A stretch of DNA of 64,000 nucleotides. Source: Chara braunii (taxonomy: Eukaryota; Plantae; Charophyceae). The stretch lies in contig BFEA01000020.1 of the NCBI GenBank assembly GCA_003427395.1, forward strand, positions 1,625,588-1,689,587, written 5' to 3'. The notes beneath the pieces are model-generated. The model saw nothing but the letters and a program-made list of their open reading frames with translations. It had not been told where the DNA came from and ran no database searches. A program made the translations under genes and the position numbers. This document shows positions 49,109 through 61,229 of this stretch, one piece after another; position 1 is the first letter of the stretch, and every line of letters starts with the position of its first letter.

Positions 49109-51406
49109 ATGGCAGATGGCGAAGCCGCGCCCTCACAGGAGGGCCAGGATGAAGGATTCGAAGAAAGGGTTCGACTACTTCTGACAATGTGCTACGACGA
49201 GGGCAGGTGTCCGGAGGACATCCCTTTTGAGGATGTGCAGATAAAAGGAAACGAGGCTATAGTGACGGTAGACGAACGCTTTGAGGAAATCAAAATCAGA
49301 TGGCTTAAGGAAAGAACCGTAGTTATTATCTTCAGAGATGAGGCCAGGAACTTACCCAGAAAAGTGAAGGAGGACATCGTTCGTTCCTATGAGAATGGCT
49401 GGAGGAGAGATGGGATCTTCGACCCTCCAGTAGGCAGAGGTCGTATCAAATTTGAGGGACCTAATGTCATCTCCTACGTTTCAAAGGACAAGGTAGTGGT
49501 AGAATGGATGACAAACGAAGGTTTAGGGGAAGTGTCGCTCAAGGGAAGAAGATATGTCTTTGAAACAAAAGCGTGGATGCCAACATTAGAATAGAAGGAG
49601 TTTAAGAGGATAGAACTAGATAACACTTTCTGGGTCTTAGCTATCCAAGTCCCACTGGATGCGTATTTTTACTTCCGTTCCTCCATCGCCAGCGTGATTG
49701 GCCCAGTGTTGAAGATGGACCCACCGGACAGATTTACTTCCAACCCAAGGCTGCTCAACATCCGGTGTGAAATAGAACCGGAATACAGGGATAGCTTCAG
49801 GGACAAGGTATGGGTGAGAACAAAAAATGGGGACATGGTGGAAGTTAGACTTGCTACGTCAACCACCCCGTACAGCACCCGGTGTAAGTGGTACTTCCAT
49901 ACCGATGACACATGCACAAGGAAGAAGGATAACCCAAACAGACGGCGGAGCAAGTTTAACCGAAGACAAAACTCCCAAACCACTGACGAAGAAGATGATA
50001 GGTCCTCACTTGCATCCAACTCTCACTCAGGTTCCGTTCCCCGGGACGGAACGCGAAGAGGTGATCGAAAATATAAAGGCTCGCTCTCCCATCAGGGTTC
50101 TGAAAGATCGGTCATGCGCAGCAAGGCACCATCACTGAACGGCTCCCCCCCTAGACCCAACCCCTATCAAACAGGCGCGGGAACCAGCATGGCCAATAAC
50201 CCAGTTTTCTCCCCTGCCTTGGGGGGCAGACCGGGCTACGCCCCCGATCCATACGGGTGGGAAGATAGACTGGGACAGGAACTCCCGTACCAAAGAGGGT
50301 TCATGCCCCCAGCCCAGAACCATCTCATCGCCCTGGCGATGACACACCTTATGAATGCAATCGAAGCAGCCACGGGGGACCCCCCCCTTGCAGGCACAAA
50401 ACCCAGTCCAACTATTAGACCCATCCGCCCGGTGCCACTCAGAAATGAGGAGCTAACTCAGAGGTGGGAATCCAGGCAAACGAGGCCCCTCCCCGAGGAA
50501 GGGGCCGCCACATCGGTCGTAGATGCGCAAGGTCGGACAAAAAGAGGTCAATCCTCTCTGAAAGCGCCTAGAACAGTTCGATCAGAACAGTACAAGACCT
50601 AGCCTTTGCTGCTGAAGGCAGCTCTGGTAGAAGAAGAACCAATGAGGGAAAGGTTTCAGGCTTCAATACAGAGCAAGGCTGAGTCAACATCAACCTCGTC
50701 CTTCTCAAAACGCTCAGAGGATGATGCAACGATGCGGCAATCAGGGATTAAAACATCCAGGAGCCGCAGAGCTATCACAACATCGAAGAAACAAACCAAG
50801 GCGTTAGAGAAATGGTTACTGCCACTTGTCTGTGCAATTGTCAATGGCGCGATCCACGTGGTCGCATGGCAGCCAGGCAACTCCAAAATTTTGTTCCAGA
50901 TTGTGGAGGTTGAAGAACCTGTAACCCCACAGTCAATCCTGTCGGGGGCCAAAGGGTTGTTCGGTGACAGATTTCCCCTGCGCTTAGTCCTTGACATGGC
51001 TATGCCACGATTCTATCAGGAACAGACAAACAGAACGTGTAAAATATTCATCTCCTTTCTCAATGCGGCTATTTTGCCAGAGAAAATTGACACGGTGCTC
51101 TTGGAAGGTATGCGTATGCTCCCACTCTCAATGTTTGTAGAAGAGGATGTGGACTCCCTGCAGCAAATCTGGGTACAAAACATCTCAGATGCAGCCTTTC
51201 TGTGTAAATTAAATGAGAAACTGCCCCGCAACAAACTCCTGCAGTCAATCTTCTTGAAGAACACATTAGCCCAGAAATGGGCCTCTTCTTCCGCTAGCTC
51301 ATCATCCAAGGGGGTGACGCGTCTCCCGAGCTCGACGGCCCTGCAGACCAGACCGACAACTTCCCCCATCCAATCAGGGGCACACCACAGAGGTATGAAT
51401 GGATAA
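49109..51406 (+). pseudogene. LINE ORF1 (degenerate zinc knuckle), two in-frame stops
   Basis: Same-frame ORFs 48926-49594, 49694-50602 and 50606-51406. Contains FWVLAIQVPL and PYSTRCKWYFHTDDTC (mutated CCHC). Confidence 0.75.
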
Positions 51407-54400
51407 GTTGAACCTAGCCTTCTGGAATACCGGGGGGCTGGGGGACACATCTAAAGGGGGAAAGAGGTCAAGACTAAAGTCCTGGATACACAAGCAGAAC
51501 ATTCAGATGATCTGCATCCAGGAAACAAAACTGGATGAAAAGAAGATCAGAGAACTCGAAAACTGGTGGGATGGCCCACAACTCTGGTCCCCCGCAGTAG
51601 GAACAAGAGGCGGTGTGGCAATCCTGCTGCATAGAGATCTCCCCATAAACATCCTGGACCAGGGGACAAACCTGTGGGGCCGATGGGCCTGGGTCAAGTT
51701 TTCAGCGTATGGTACAGAATGGGCAATTATGACAGTGTATGCACCGGTAGACAGGTAAGAAAGGCGAAGGTTCTACGAGGATTTAATCTCAGTGACGCCA
51801 GATGTCGACAACCTACTGATTGCAGGGGACTGGAACACTTCCCTGGATGACCTACTGAGCAGAACAGCAGGCACCCCTGATGTGTATGCACTAGTAGAGT
51901 TTATGACGGATTTGGATCTCTGCGACGCCTTTAGATTGATGCACCCCTCAGACCCCGGGTACACTTGGGGTTCCCGGGCAGCTGAAGGTAACTCGGCAGG
52001 TTGCTTGAGAAGATTAGACTATGCCCTCCTCAGCCCTTTATGGTGGGATGCCGTCCTTAATATGGAAGTTGTGAGGCACCCTATGTCCGACCACTACCCG
52101 ATCAAGCTTTCCTTTCAGCTGTTGGAATCTGCACACCGAGGCAAAGGCTATTTTAGGCTCAACGTCCAGAACCTCAAGGACCCAGGCCTCAGGGCCTTGG
52201 TAGAGGATTTTTTCTTGAAATGGCCCAAGTTCCAAAAATCCTTCAAGAGTGCAGGAGACTAGTGGGACACAGGCACCGCGATCGTGGCCAACCACCTCAG
52301 TATTTTTTCCAGGATAATCGCCGCCAATAGAAACAAGGAAGAAAAGGATATCCTGAGGGACCTGGAATGGGTAGAGGAACGAATGTCCCTCCACCCAATT
52401 TCAGCGACTGTGTGGTCTGCAGAAAGAGCCCGGTTACTAACCAAGTGGGACGATATTCAACAGAAGAAAGCAGAAGAGTGGACGGAAAGACCCACAGTGA
52501 AAGGGATATCAGTGTATGACAGGATGGCTAAAGAGGCCTTCCAGAGACTCCTACCTAAACGGGCCGCACAAACAATGAAGACACTTAACCACCCGTTTGT
52601 TCCCGAGGCAAGAACGGCCTCAACTTCAGAAGCCATGTGCGCATACACGGCCTTGTATTTCAAAGACATAATGACTTCTCGCAAACTGGGTCAAGATCCG
52701 AACACCAATCTGGCGGAAAATTCAGAACACTGGAAGAACGTCAAGGTCCAACTTGCCAACAATGGCAAACTGGATCTCGACCGTCCAGTTACAGTTGAAG
52801 AGGTGACAATCACGGTTGCGAGCATGGCCAAAGGGAAGGCCCCAGCTATGGACGGACTCCCTGTTGAATTCTACACCTCACATGGGGGACAACACTGTTT
52901 CCTCACTTAGTCGAAATCTACAACGGTGTTTTGACAGGCGGACAACTTTCTAAAGGCATGACCGACGACATCATCACTATTCTGTACAAAAAGGAGAACA
53001 AAGCTGAAATTAGAAATTGGAGGCCCATTTCGTTACTCAATGTATCCTACAAGATAATAGCAAAACTGCTAGCAAATATATTAGGCAGGTATTTACCGGA
53101 GTTAGTAGGATGCGACCAGGCTGCCTTCGTGCAAGGCAGGTCAATTTTTGACAATATTGTCACGGCAATCGAAGCGTTGGAATGGGTTCATCAGGAAAAC
53201 CTCGACATAGCAGTGCTATTACTTGATCTGGAAAAGGCCTACGACATGGTGAATTGGGCCTACGTACTAACTACGCTGAAAATGATGCAGTTTGGCCCAA
53301 ACTTTTGTCGTTGGGTGATAGTCCTGTATGCCTACTCCACGGCCTCGGTCGCCGTGAACGGTCATATCTCTCCCTCCTTCAATCTATCCAGACCGCTGAG
53401 GCAAGGCTGCCCCCTTGCCCCGCTGCTATTTGTGCTGCAATTGGAAGTCCTAATATCTAACATCAGGGTTCACCCGGACATCAGAGGCTTACCGGTGCAG
53501 CATACGGAATGCAAGGTTAAAGCCTTAGCCGATGACCTGTTGGCAATCTCTGAGAACTCTGAAAAATCCTTCTCTGCTCTGAAATCATGCTTGGGAGAAT
53601 ACTCGGAACATTCAGAAGCAGCGGTAAACTGGGCCAAATCAGTGTGTTTTCTCCCGGAAGGGTTCACATTGTCGGTAGAGTGGGGCATGAAACGAGTTGC
53701 CAATGGCTGTGCAGAACGGTATCTAGGGGTGCAGGTTACCCTAGGTCGCTGTGATGAAGCTTAGAACGACCTGCTGCAACAAAGAGTGATCCAAAGCATA
53801 TCAGTTTGGGGCCAGGCCAAACGCTTGTCCTTATTTGGAAGGGCTCTAGTTACAAACGTGGCTCTATTCGCTCTATTATGGTTTGTAGGAACGGTCAGAG
53901 CCCTCGGAAAAAAAATGGTGAGAGTAATTCGCCAAGTAGCTGCTAAGTTTATTTGGAAACCCTTCGCTAAAGAAAACGAAGGGTTTATCTCCAAAGTGGC
54001 ATGGGACTTGATCTGCCACCTTCGAAATGAGGGTGGCCTTGGCATCTTGGACCCGGCAGATCAGAACGCCGCCTTACTAATCAAATGGATTATTAAGGCC
54101 ATTTCAAGCAAAACGGACGATCATTGGATCTTGTTAGCAGAACAGCTGCTCTCAAATGACTGGAACCTCCAAAGGCCAAAGGATGCCTGAACGTGTTGTA
54201 TGAGTGAAGCCTATCTGCGCAGACATACCTCTTCACTGTTCTGGGAGGGGATATTGCAAGCATGGAGGAAGGTAGGCCCCCGTCACTGGGTAACCCCGGT
54301 TACGAGAGAGAGTTTTAGCCCAACCCCTATTTGATAATCCTCTCATCCGAGGGGAAAACGGACACCCTTTCTCTGTCGGATGTGCCCCGGAGGCCTTCGA

Positions 54401-54760
54401 CAGACAATGGGCAGAGAAAGGTGTGCTCAGGATTGCGGACTTATGGTGCAACCTAACGGGCCAATGGTTACCGGTCGAGAAACTAAGAGCCAAACTTGGA
54501 TGTCTCAGCCGTGTAGATGAGCGGGCGGCCTCAATAAGGGCCGCCATCCCCCCGGAGTGGAAACATCTGCTGAGCCCCAGTGGCGTTTCCCCTCCGGGTA
54601 CCTGGTTTTCCCTGAAATCGCAGAAGGAGGACATAACCCAGGAAGATTTCACATGCTGGAAGTTGCTCACCATTAGCAATGATGGATCCAGGACTTTCCA
54701 AAGATGAACAAAGATGCCAGGTACCGACAAGCTACTCTGCACCGAGGAGGAGAACGAAGG
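51399..54760 (+). pseudogene. LINE ORF2 (AP endonuclease plus reverse transcriptase), decayed
   Basis: APE: WNTGGL, CIQETK, VYAP, AGDWN, RLDY and SDH. RT: NWRPISLLN, LDLEKAYD, LRQGCPLAPLLF, LADD, RYLGV and EGGLGI. Confidence 0.95.
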
Positions 54761-54899
54761 TTGTGAGGACCCCGCCCTCGGGCATACCGAAGCGGCTGGC
54801 GCTTAGCGCACGCGTGCCCAAATCAGAGACGCTTAGCAATGCCACGTCACGGGTTGACGTGGCTTCTTGCTAGATCCGAGGAATGACGGTTGGTCTTCC

Positions 54900-55370
54900 A
54901 ATTTTGTCGTTCCTGGGTTCCGCAACAAGAATTTCATAGCTAACACACATCAAGAGATGTGAACGATGGCCTTGGGTGTTGGCGAAGATTGACAATTATG
55001 GAAGCTGCGGAGGTTGCTCCCTGTGAAGGCGAAGTGCATGCAGTGTCGGAAGCAGAGATTAACAAATTCATAATCGGGGTATTCGACTCTTACAAGGTGA
55101 TCTCGTCATTCCTGGTTTCCGTAACAAGAATTTCATAGCTAACACACGTCAAGAGACGTGGACGATGGTTGACGAAGGTTGACGCTTATGGAAGCTGCGG
55201 AAGTCGCTCCCTGTGAAGGCGAAGTATAGGCAGAGTCGGTAGCAGAGGTCAACAAATTCAGAAAGGGGGTATTCGACTCTTACACGGCGGCAAGATTCAA
55301 GACGTGTCTGGGTCGTTCCCTATGAAGGCGATGTGAATGCAGTGTCGAAAGCAAATGTTCACAAATTTAG
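54900..55370. repeat. Tandem ~197-bp repeat (2 copies plus a partial)
   Basis: TTCCTGG.TTCCG.AACAAGAATTTCATAGCTAACACAC..CCCTGTGAAGGCGAAGT..GGGGTATTCGACTCTTACA at ~54910 and ~55109. Confidence 0.85.
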
Positions 55371-56769
55371 AATGTGTCTGGGTGCTCTTGCGTTCATTTG
55401 AACTCAGGATGGGCGTATTTAAAGTAATGTAGGGTGTCAAGGCATAGTACGTCTCAGCGTTGACTCTCTGTGTTCTAGTGTTCAATGGAGGATTAGTATT
55501 GAGTCAACTCGGCGTGCTCTTGTGAGATTCAAACAAGGGGGGGGTATGACGAATGTGAAGGTTCCATAGTGTCGTCGTTGTTTGAGAAGCGAGTGGGTGG
55601 AATGGGTAGGTGGATGAAGTGGGTGGAGTAGAACCTAGTTACGTGGTCAGCGATCTAGGTCGGAAATGACGGAGGCAGAAGTCAATCTATATGTTGTGGT
55701 TGTGGGAAGGATGGTTTCATTGTGATGTTTCATTGAGAGGGTGAGGTAGGTATATGGGGATTGAGTAGGTTATAACATCATTCATTGGCAAGTGAGAAGG
55801 TAAGTTGTCAAATGTCATAATCATGTCATCGCATGTCTAGTCTCCTATAGTGATTAGGCTGAATGTGGGTTCAATAGTGCTTTTCATAAGGGGTCAGCGT
55901 ACCAGGCGGTCATTCCCTAATATAGAAATAATGAAAGCAGCTTCTACTCCAAAATGCATCAGATGTGCATTTGGTCAGAGCGGGAGTGATCAACAGTTAT
56001 AANCATTGGAGGCGGGATCACTTGGGGGATGCTGGTNGAGTAAATACAGCTGGAGTTAAAAGAAGGGGAGGAAGGAATANGANAGATAGGAAAGTTGATG
56101 AGGGGGGAGGGATGGAATGAAGGTAGGGGCATTGGAGAGGATTTTTCAGTATTTAAAGTGTGTCGAGAGTGTGGCGCCTGATTTGGAGGTGAGTGTTCGG
56201 GAGTTACGACGGGAGAAAGATAATTCTCAAGGTAGTTCTCACTCTCAGCAGCGTTATCAGTCAAGCAGAAATCAGATGTTGGGCGAACAGAGAAGGCTGA
56301 TGGGGTGAGATTTAACGACAGGGATAAGGGATGTAAGTGTGATGCGCATTGGCCACATTCTTTTTCAAGGGTGGAGGTAGGCTCTGGGATCTCGAGCGTT
56401 TCAGATGTAAGGCAAGTCATCACTCTCGTCAGACAAGTAGTGGTATCTGGTTTTCGTTTTCAAGGGAAAGCTCGAGAGTTTGAGGGTGGAGGTGTGGTAA
56501 GTCGGTTTGGAGCCTGTAATTAATGACACAGCAGGAGTGGGGTTGTGCATATAATCGGAGGACGTCTTCTTTGGTTGGACTTTGGAGCCAGTGAAACATC
56601 TTCATTCATCATCACACAGGTGCGTCTTCATTTTTTTTGGTATCCACTCCTTGGCGTCATCCATAATCTCAGTCTCTGGTTTCCAATAAGAAAAAGACAA
56701 AATAAAATAATAAGTAAAGGGGGAAGTGCTAGTCAAAGTCGTTAGTGCAGTGGTAAGGAAGGAGACAAA

Positions 56770-58476
56770 ATGAGACTTAACGTCAAAAGGGCGAAAGACC
56801 CAGAGTCACTCTTATTTTATCAAGGTGCAATGAGACACTCCCTCATTCGACACCTGGGAACTGCTCCTTACACGCGCCCTGCTCTAGGACAGATTGCACA
56901 AGGGGGGGGTATTGGAAGGTGGGATTCGAGTCAGATAGGAACACAAAATGGGGAGGGGGGAAGTGTTCAGCGAATTGCTTGGACAAAGAATAATGCAGAT
57001 CTCATGAAGGAAAAGGAAGAAAAGAAGACAGTCACAACAGACCAACAACATATGGGGGAGGATTACTCTTCTTCTTTTCAGAATGATTCCCAGGAGAGAT
57101 TGGTGACGAACAAATCAATGGAAGATCAGTTGGGAAATGATGATGAAATGTTAACAGAAGAAGAGAGAATTAATATGCAGCAGAAGGCAGTTGAGCAGAA
57201 AAAATCCAAGGAAACTGTGATTTCATCAGGGGCTCATACGGCGGGGTCATCAGTGGTCAATACGGCGGGGTCTTCCTCGTCCTCTCCTGTGTCACAGATG
57301 GTTGAGTCTTCCTCCTCACAGGGGGTAGTCAAAACAACGCAACCTACCTGGGCCAAAAGGGTGAGGGAGTCTTTGAAGGACAAGACCTTAAACATTAGCA
57401 GAGCGTCCATTGGTCCTTCGGGCTCGCAGGGAGATGAGCTCAAAGTCCCTATGAGGAATCTTTCCTCGGCTAGGGCATATTTTTTAACCCTTTTTCTTCA
57501 CGCATCTGAACAAGTGGTAACTGACCAAGGGGGGAGGAAAACATTGATGAAAGCGTATCCTACAGACAAATTGGCAAAGAGAGATGAGGTGTACATAAAG
57601 CACGCCAGCAACTGGATATTCTATGACAATAGTGCCAACAGGTCAATGAATGATAAAACAAAATGGATATGTAAAAGGCTTGAAGCAATGGAGGACGGGC
57701 CGGAAGCTGTTTTTGAATTATTTTTGATCCAACCTGTGTCGCCCACAGTTTTTACTGTGATGAGTTTATTTGAGAAGGACAAGCAGCAGATGGATGGTTG
57801 GAAAAAAATAAAATGGGAGGGTTCAGAGGTGCGTATCTATCCCTGGTTACCAAAGAAAATGGGTCCGGAAGAAAAGAGGGACCAGTTAATGAAGGACTTT
57901 TATTGGGTTGAATTTAGGCATATCCCAATAGAAGTCCAGGCGGCATTCATACACGATTTTGGGCAACAATACAAGATAGTGAATTTTATTGATCCACTGC
58001 CGTCGTATGTTGCCAAGCATGATGATTACCTCATGATGGCTCTGGATTTGCCCAAGGATCAACCCTTCTCACTTGATGATATTATTCCATTTAGGATGGG
58101 GGGGAGGGTATATCAGATCCATACGGCTCACAAGTTTCGTCCATGGTGTTTCAAGTGTAAAGCGTATGGTCATCGTAGTGTGGAATTTGCGTGCCCTCAG
58201 CACCCACAGCATGCTTTGACCCCAGAGCAGAACCTCAAGAGGGATCCCCAGAGACCCCACAGATGGGTTCCGGTTTCTCAAGGTTATGATGGGTGGGTTT
58301 ATAGCGGTGAATTCAACCAAACAGGTCAGCCAATAGGCTGGTTTTGGGAAGGAAGGACGGATATGAGAAAACCTCCGAGACCGCCTTCGGATTGGATTCC
58401 TCCTCAGATGCCTCAGGCTCATCAGCATCAGTCTCAACGCAGGGGGGGGGGAGGAGGCAGAGGAAGGCTACAGTAG
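56770..58476 (+). CDS. LINE ORF1 N-terminal part (568 aa open), zinc knuckle
   Basis: VRIYPW, YWVEFRHIP and PWCFKCKAYGHRSVEFAC, typical of plant-type L1 ORF1. Probably continued via frameshifts to 61088. Confidence 0.75.
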   Translation: MRLNVKRAKDPESLLFYQGAMRHSLIRHLGTAPYTRPALGQIAQGGGIGRWDSSQIGTQNGEGGSVQRIAWTKNNADLMKEKEEKKTVTTDQQHMGEDYSSSFQNDSQERLVTNKSMEDQLGNDDEMLTEEERINMQQKAVEQKKSKETVISSGAHTAGSSVVNTAGSSSSSPVSQMVESSSSQGVVKTTQPTWAKRVRESLKDKTLNISRASIGPSGSQGDELKVPMRNLSSARAYFLTLFLHASEQVVTDQGGRKTLMKAYPTDKLAKRDEVYIKHASNWIFYDNSANRSMNDKTKWICKRLEAMEDGPEAVFELFLIQPVSPTVFTVMSLFEKDKQQMDGWKKIKWEGSEVRIYPWLPKKMGPEEKRDQLMKDFYWVEFRHIPIEVQAAFIHDFGQQYKIVNFIDPLPSYVAKHDDYLMMALDLPKDQPFSLDDIIPFRMGGRVYQIHTAHKFRPWCFKCKAYGHRSVEFACPQHPQHALTPEQNLKRDPQRPHRWVPVSQGYDGWVYSGEFNQTGQPIGWFWEGRTDMRKPPRPPSDWIPPQMPQAHQHQSQRRGGGGGRGRLQ

Positions 58477-61229
58477 AGCCAGGTCTCACCTCCCTTGCTC
58501 TTGCAAAATCAAATGGGGCAAGGCCAACTGTCAAATCATGGGAAAGATGCTTCGTCTGTAAGCGCTGGGGGAAGGGCAACAAGCAATCTGGGAACCAAAA
58601 TGGGAGAGAAGTCTGCATAATTTGCAGAATCGAGAGGGGGAAAGTTCAAAAAGTCCAGGACCTGATCCCATGAGCTACCTTCCTAAATCAAACACAATGC
58701 AAGGCACGGAATGGAGGGTGGTAACCAAAAAGGGGCAAAAGAATGGAAAATAAAAATCAGAAACACACGGCTCCTCAGGGTCGGGATTGCAAGAGTCAGG
58801 AATGGTGAACCAATCTGGGGAGGTTCTGTCTGCTGATAAGGTACTTGAAAGCCAACCAATGGACATAGACCATCTTCGAGTAGCAATGAGTAATGAGTCA
58901 ATGAAGATGGAGACTGTCCCGGTCATTATCCCTCCGGTATCCTCAAGCTTGGCAAACAGCAAGGCAGAGGGAGTGGATCTTCATTCGGAGCTTACCATGT
59001 TAGGGGAATGGCCAATCTTGAATCTGCAAGCCAGATTTCCAAGTTGGGACAAGGAATATTGGTTGAATTTTCACAGTCACCTAATGGTAGTAATGAAGAA
59101 TAGTGATAGCTTGAAGCAGGCTGTGCAAAGTGGTTTTCCACAAGGCCTAGATTGGTCAAGTATATGTCATAGACTGCTTTGTGTTATCACAGATAAATTT
59201 TTTCCTCTTCTCTTACCGAAGGGTAATCCACAGGACTGTTCCTCAAGTTGGAACCAAGGGGGAGAGTGTGAGTTGGAGGGCAAGAAAAAATCCTCACAGG
59301 ATTGTTCACAGGATGGTTCCTCAACTGAGAATCTGGGGGAAAGGAATGAGGGGGGCAACATAAAGCAATCACAACAGAATAGTCTGAGGAAAATAAAGGC
59401 CATTGCAAGAAAAAATCTCACTCATTCCTCAGAAAAGAAGAGGATTAATAAAGACAAGTCTATTCTGAAATCAATAAAAGGAAGACAATGGAGTAATATG
59501 CAGGGAGGCTCATCATTAATGCGTGCCTCTGTCCGCAACAGACTCCAGCATTTAGCCATCACACCGTGTAAGTCCAGACTAAAACACAACAAGTGGATTA
59601 GGGAGGGTGTGGGATCTGAAAAAAATAGTAAGAAAAAAAATAATAAAAAATATTGCAAGCACACAAAAATGCTGTCTGTTTGCGATTGGTACAACAAGAA
59701 GGCACGTCTGCAGTGGGCCTGGTTGACATTTGGGAGGTACAACCAAACGTTGCCTGCCCAAGTCAGACTTTGCATCCTTCCTCTGAGGATATGGCACAAC
59801 AAGTACAGGTTTCATCAAGAGGCCGGATTGGAGCCCAGGGGGTACATCCAGATGTTGACTGACCAATGCAGATATTGGAGGATCCTTCAGTTGGAAGAGA
59901 ATTGCATGAGGATACTTTCTCTGAGGACTGTGTAGGTGTCCAGGGAGCGATAGGTGAGACACAAGCATTAACGTTGGTCACGACACCCTGGCAGAAAAAT
60001 CAGCAGGTCCCGGGAATAGTAACTCCCTTTATTTCAGGCTTGACAATAAGCCCTCCAAATGGACTGGATGAGCAAAAGAGCGCAAAGGTAATTGCACAGA
60101 ATAAAAAAAAATTCTCAGTCCAACGGGGGTTGTATTACAGTCTACGGGAAACAACTTGGTACCAGCAACGTCTGGTACATTGCTTTTCCCACAGCCAATA
60201 GAGGGTCCTATCTCTAGCGTGGATCAATGTATCCAAACCAAGGATAGTCACATCGATGAAACGACAAGAGGAAGTAGTATTCCATTTGAGGTGGAGACCA
60301 GTCCTCCTGAGCTCATTCCCCAGGACTGGGAGGACGGTCTGCCTAAACCAGTTATTCAGGAAAATGTAAAAGTTGTGCATGAATTGAAGGAAATTGTGTC
60401 TGAAATAACGGGGGAAAACAAATTTCTACTCTTGACAGGTCACTTAACAGGAGAACCCACTCAGGTACGGGTATTCGATAAGTCTGAGAGGCATAAGAAG
60501 GAGGAACCAAAAGAAAAAGGAACAATGGATCCCACAACGATGATCTTGCCTGCCACGAGTAAGAGACAGAAACTCAGATAGAGGATGGCCCAAGGTCAGG
60601 GGAATCTCCCGCCTTCCAAAATAGGAGTGATTATTCTGCCGGTCAGATACAAAGGGGGAAATTGGCAAGTTGGTTTGTCAGAATCCCTGGGGGCTGCATA
60701 TGGAGAAATAACTGTGCAAGGAACCAAACCTCAATTTTTCTCCCTAGTGTCCCTGACTGGTGGTATGGCGGAAGAATCGTGGATTAAAATGGAAATAATG
60801 AAATTCATAAAGGAGAATTTCCCACTTGGGGCTGTTGCTATCCTGTCTTTAGTAACGGAAGATCAAAGAGTTGCAGAGAGAGATATCTACATTAGATATG
60901 ATGGATCGAGACAAGAGGAATTAAGATGGTTTGAACAGGAGGCACTGAAAGAAGTTCACGTTCTTAAAATCAAAGCGGGTACGTTCTGGTCAGAGGAGGA
61001 TGTAGGTATCATTCTTGCGAGAATTCTGAAAAATGGCATTATAGAAAAGAGAGGGGTGTTGGACTTAGGGCAATGGAAGAATCTATAGGCTTCCTCCTAC
61101 TCGTGACTAATTTCCTGATCTCTCAGGGTGATTGTCCCCCTGTTTTTTTTTTTATTGATGGAAGGGATTAGGATTATTGATGCCCTATATAATAAAGACA
61201 AAGAATGAAAATTGCTTAGACGACAAGCA

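Larger units (their letters stand above)
47700..54760 (+). mobile_element. L1-clade LINE (second family): 5' region, ORF1, ORF2; decayed and 3'-truncated
   Basis: ORF1 pieces at 49109-51406 and ORF2 from 51399 with APE and RT. The 5' boundary is approximate. Confidence 0.9.
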
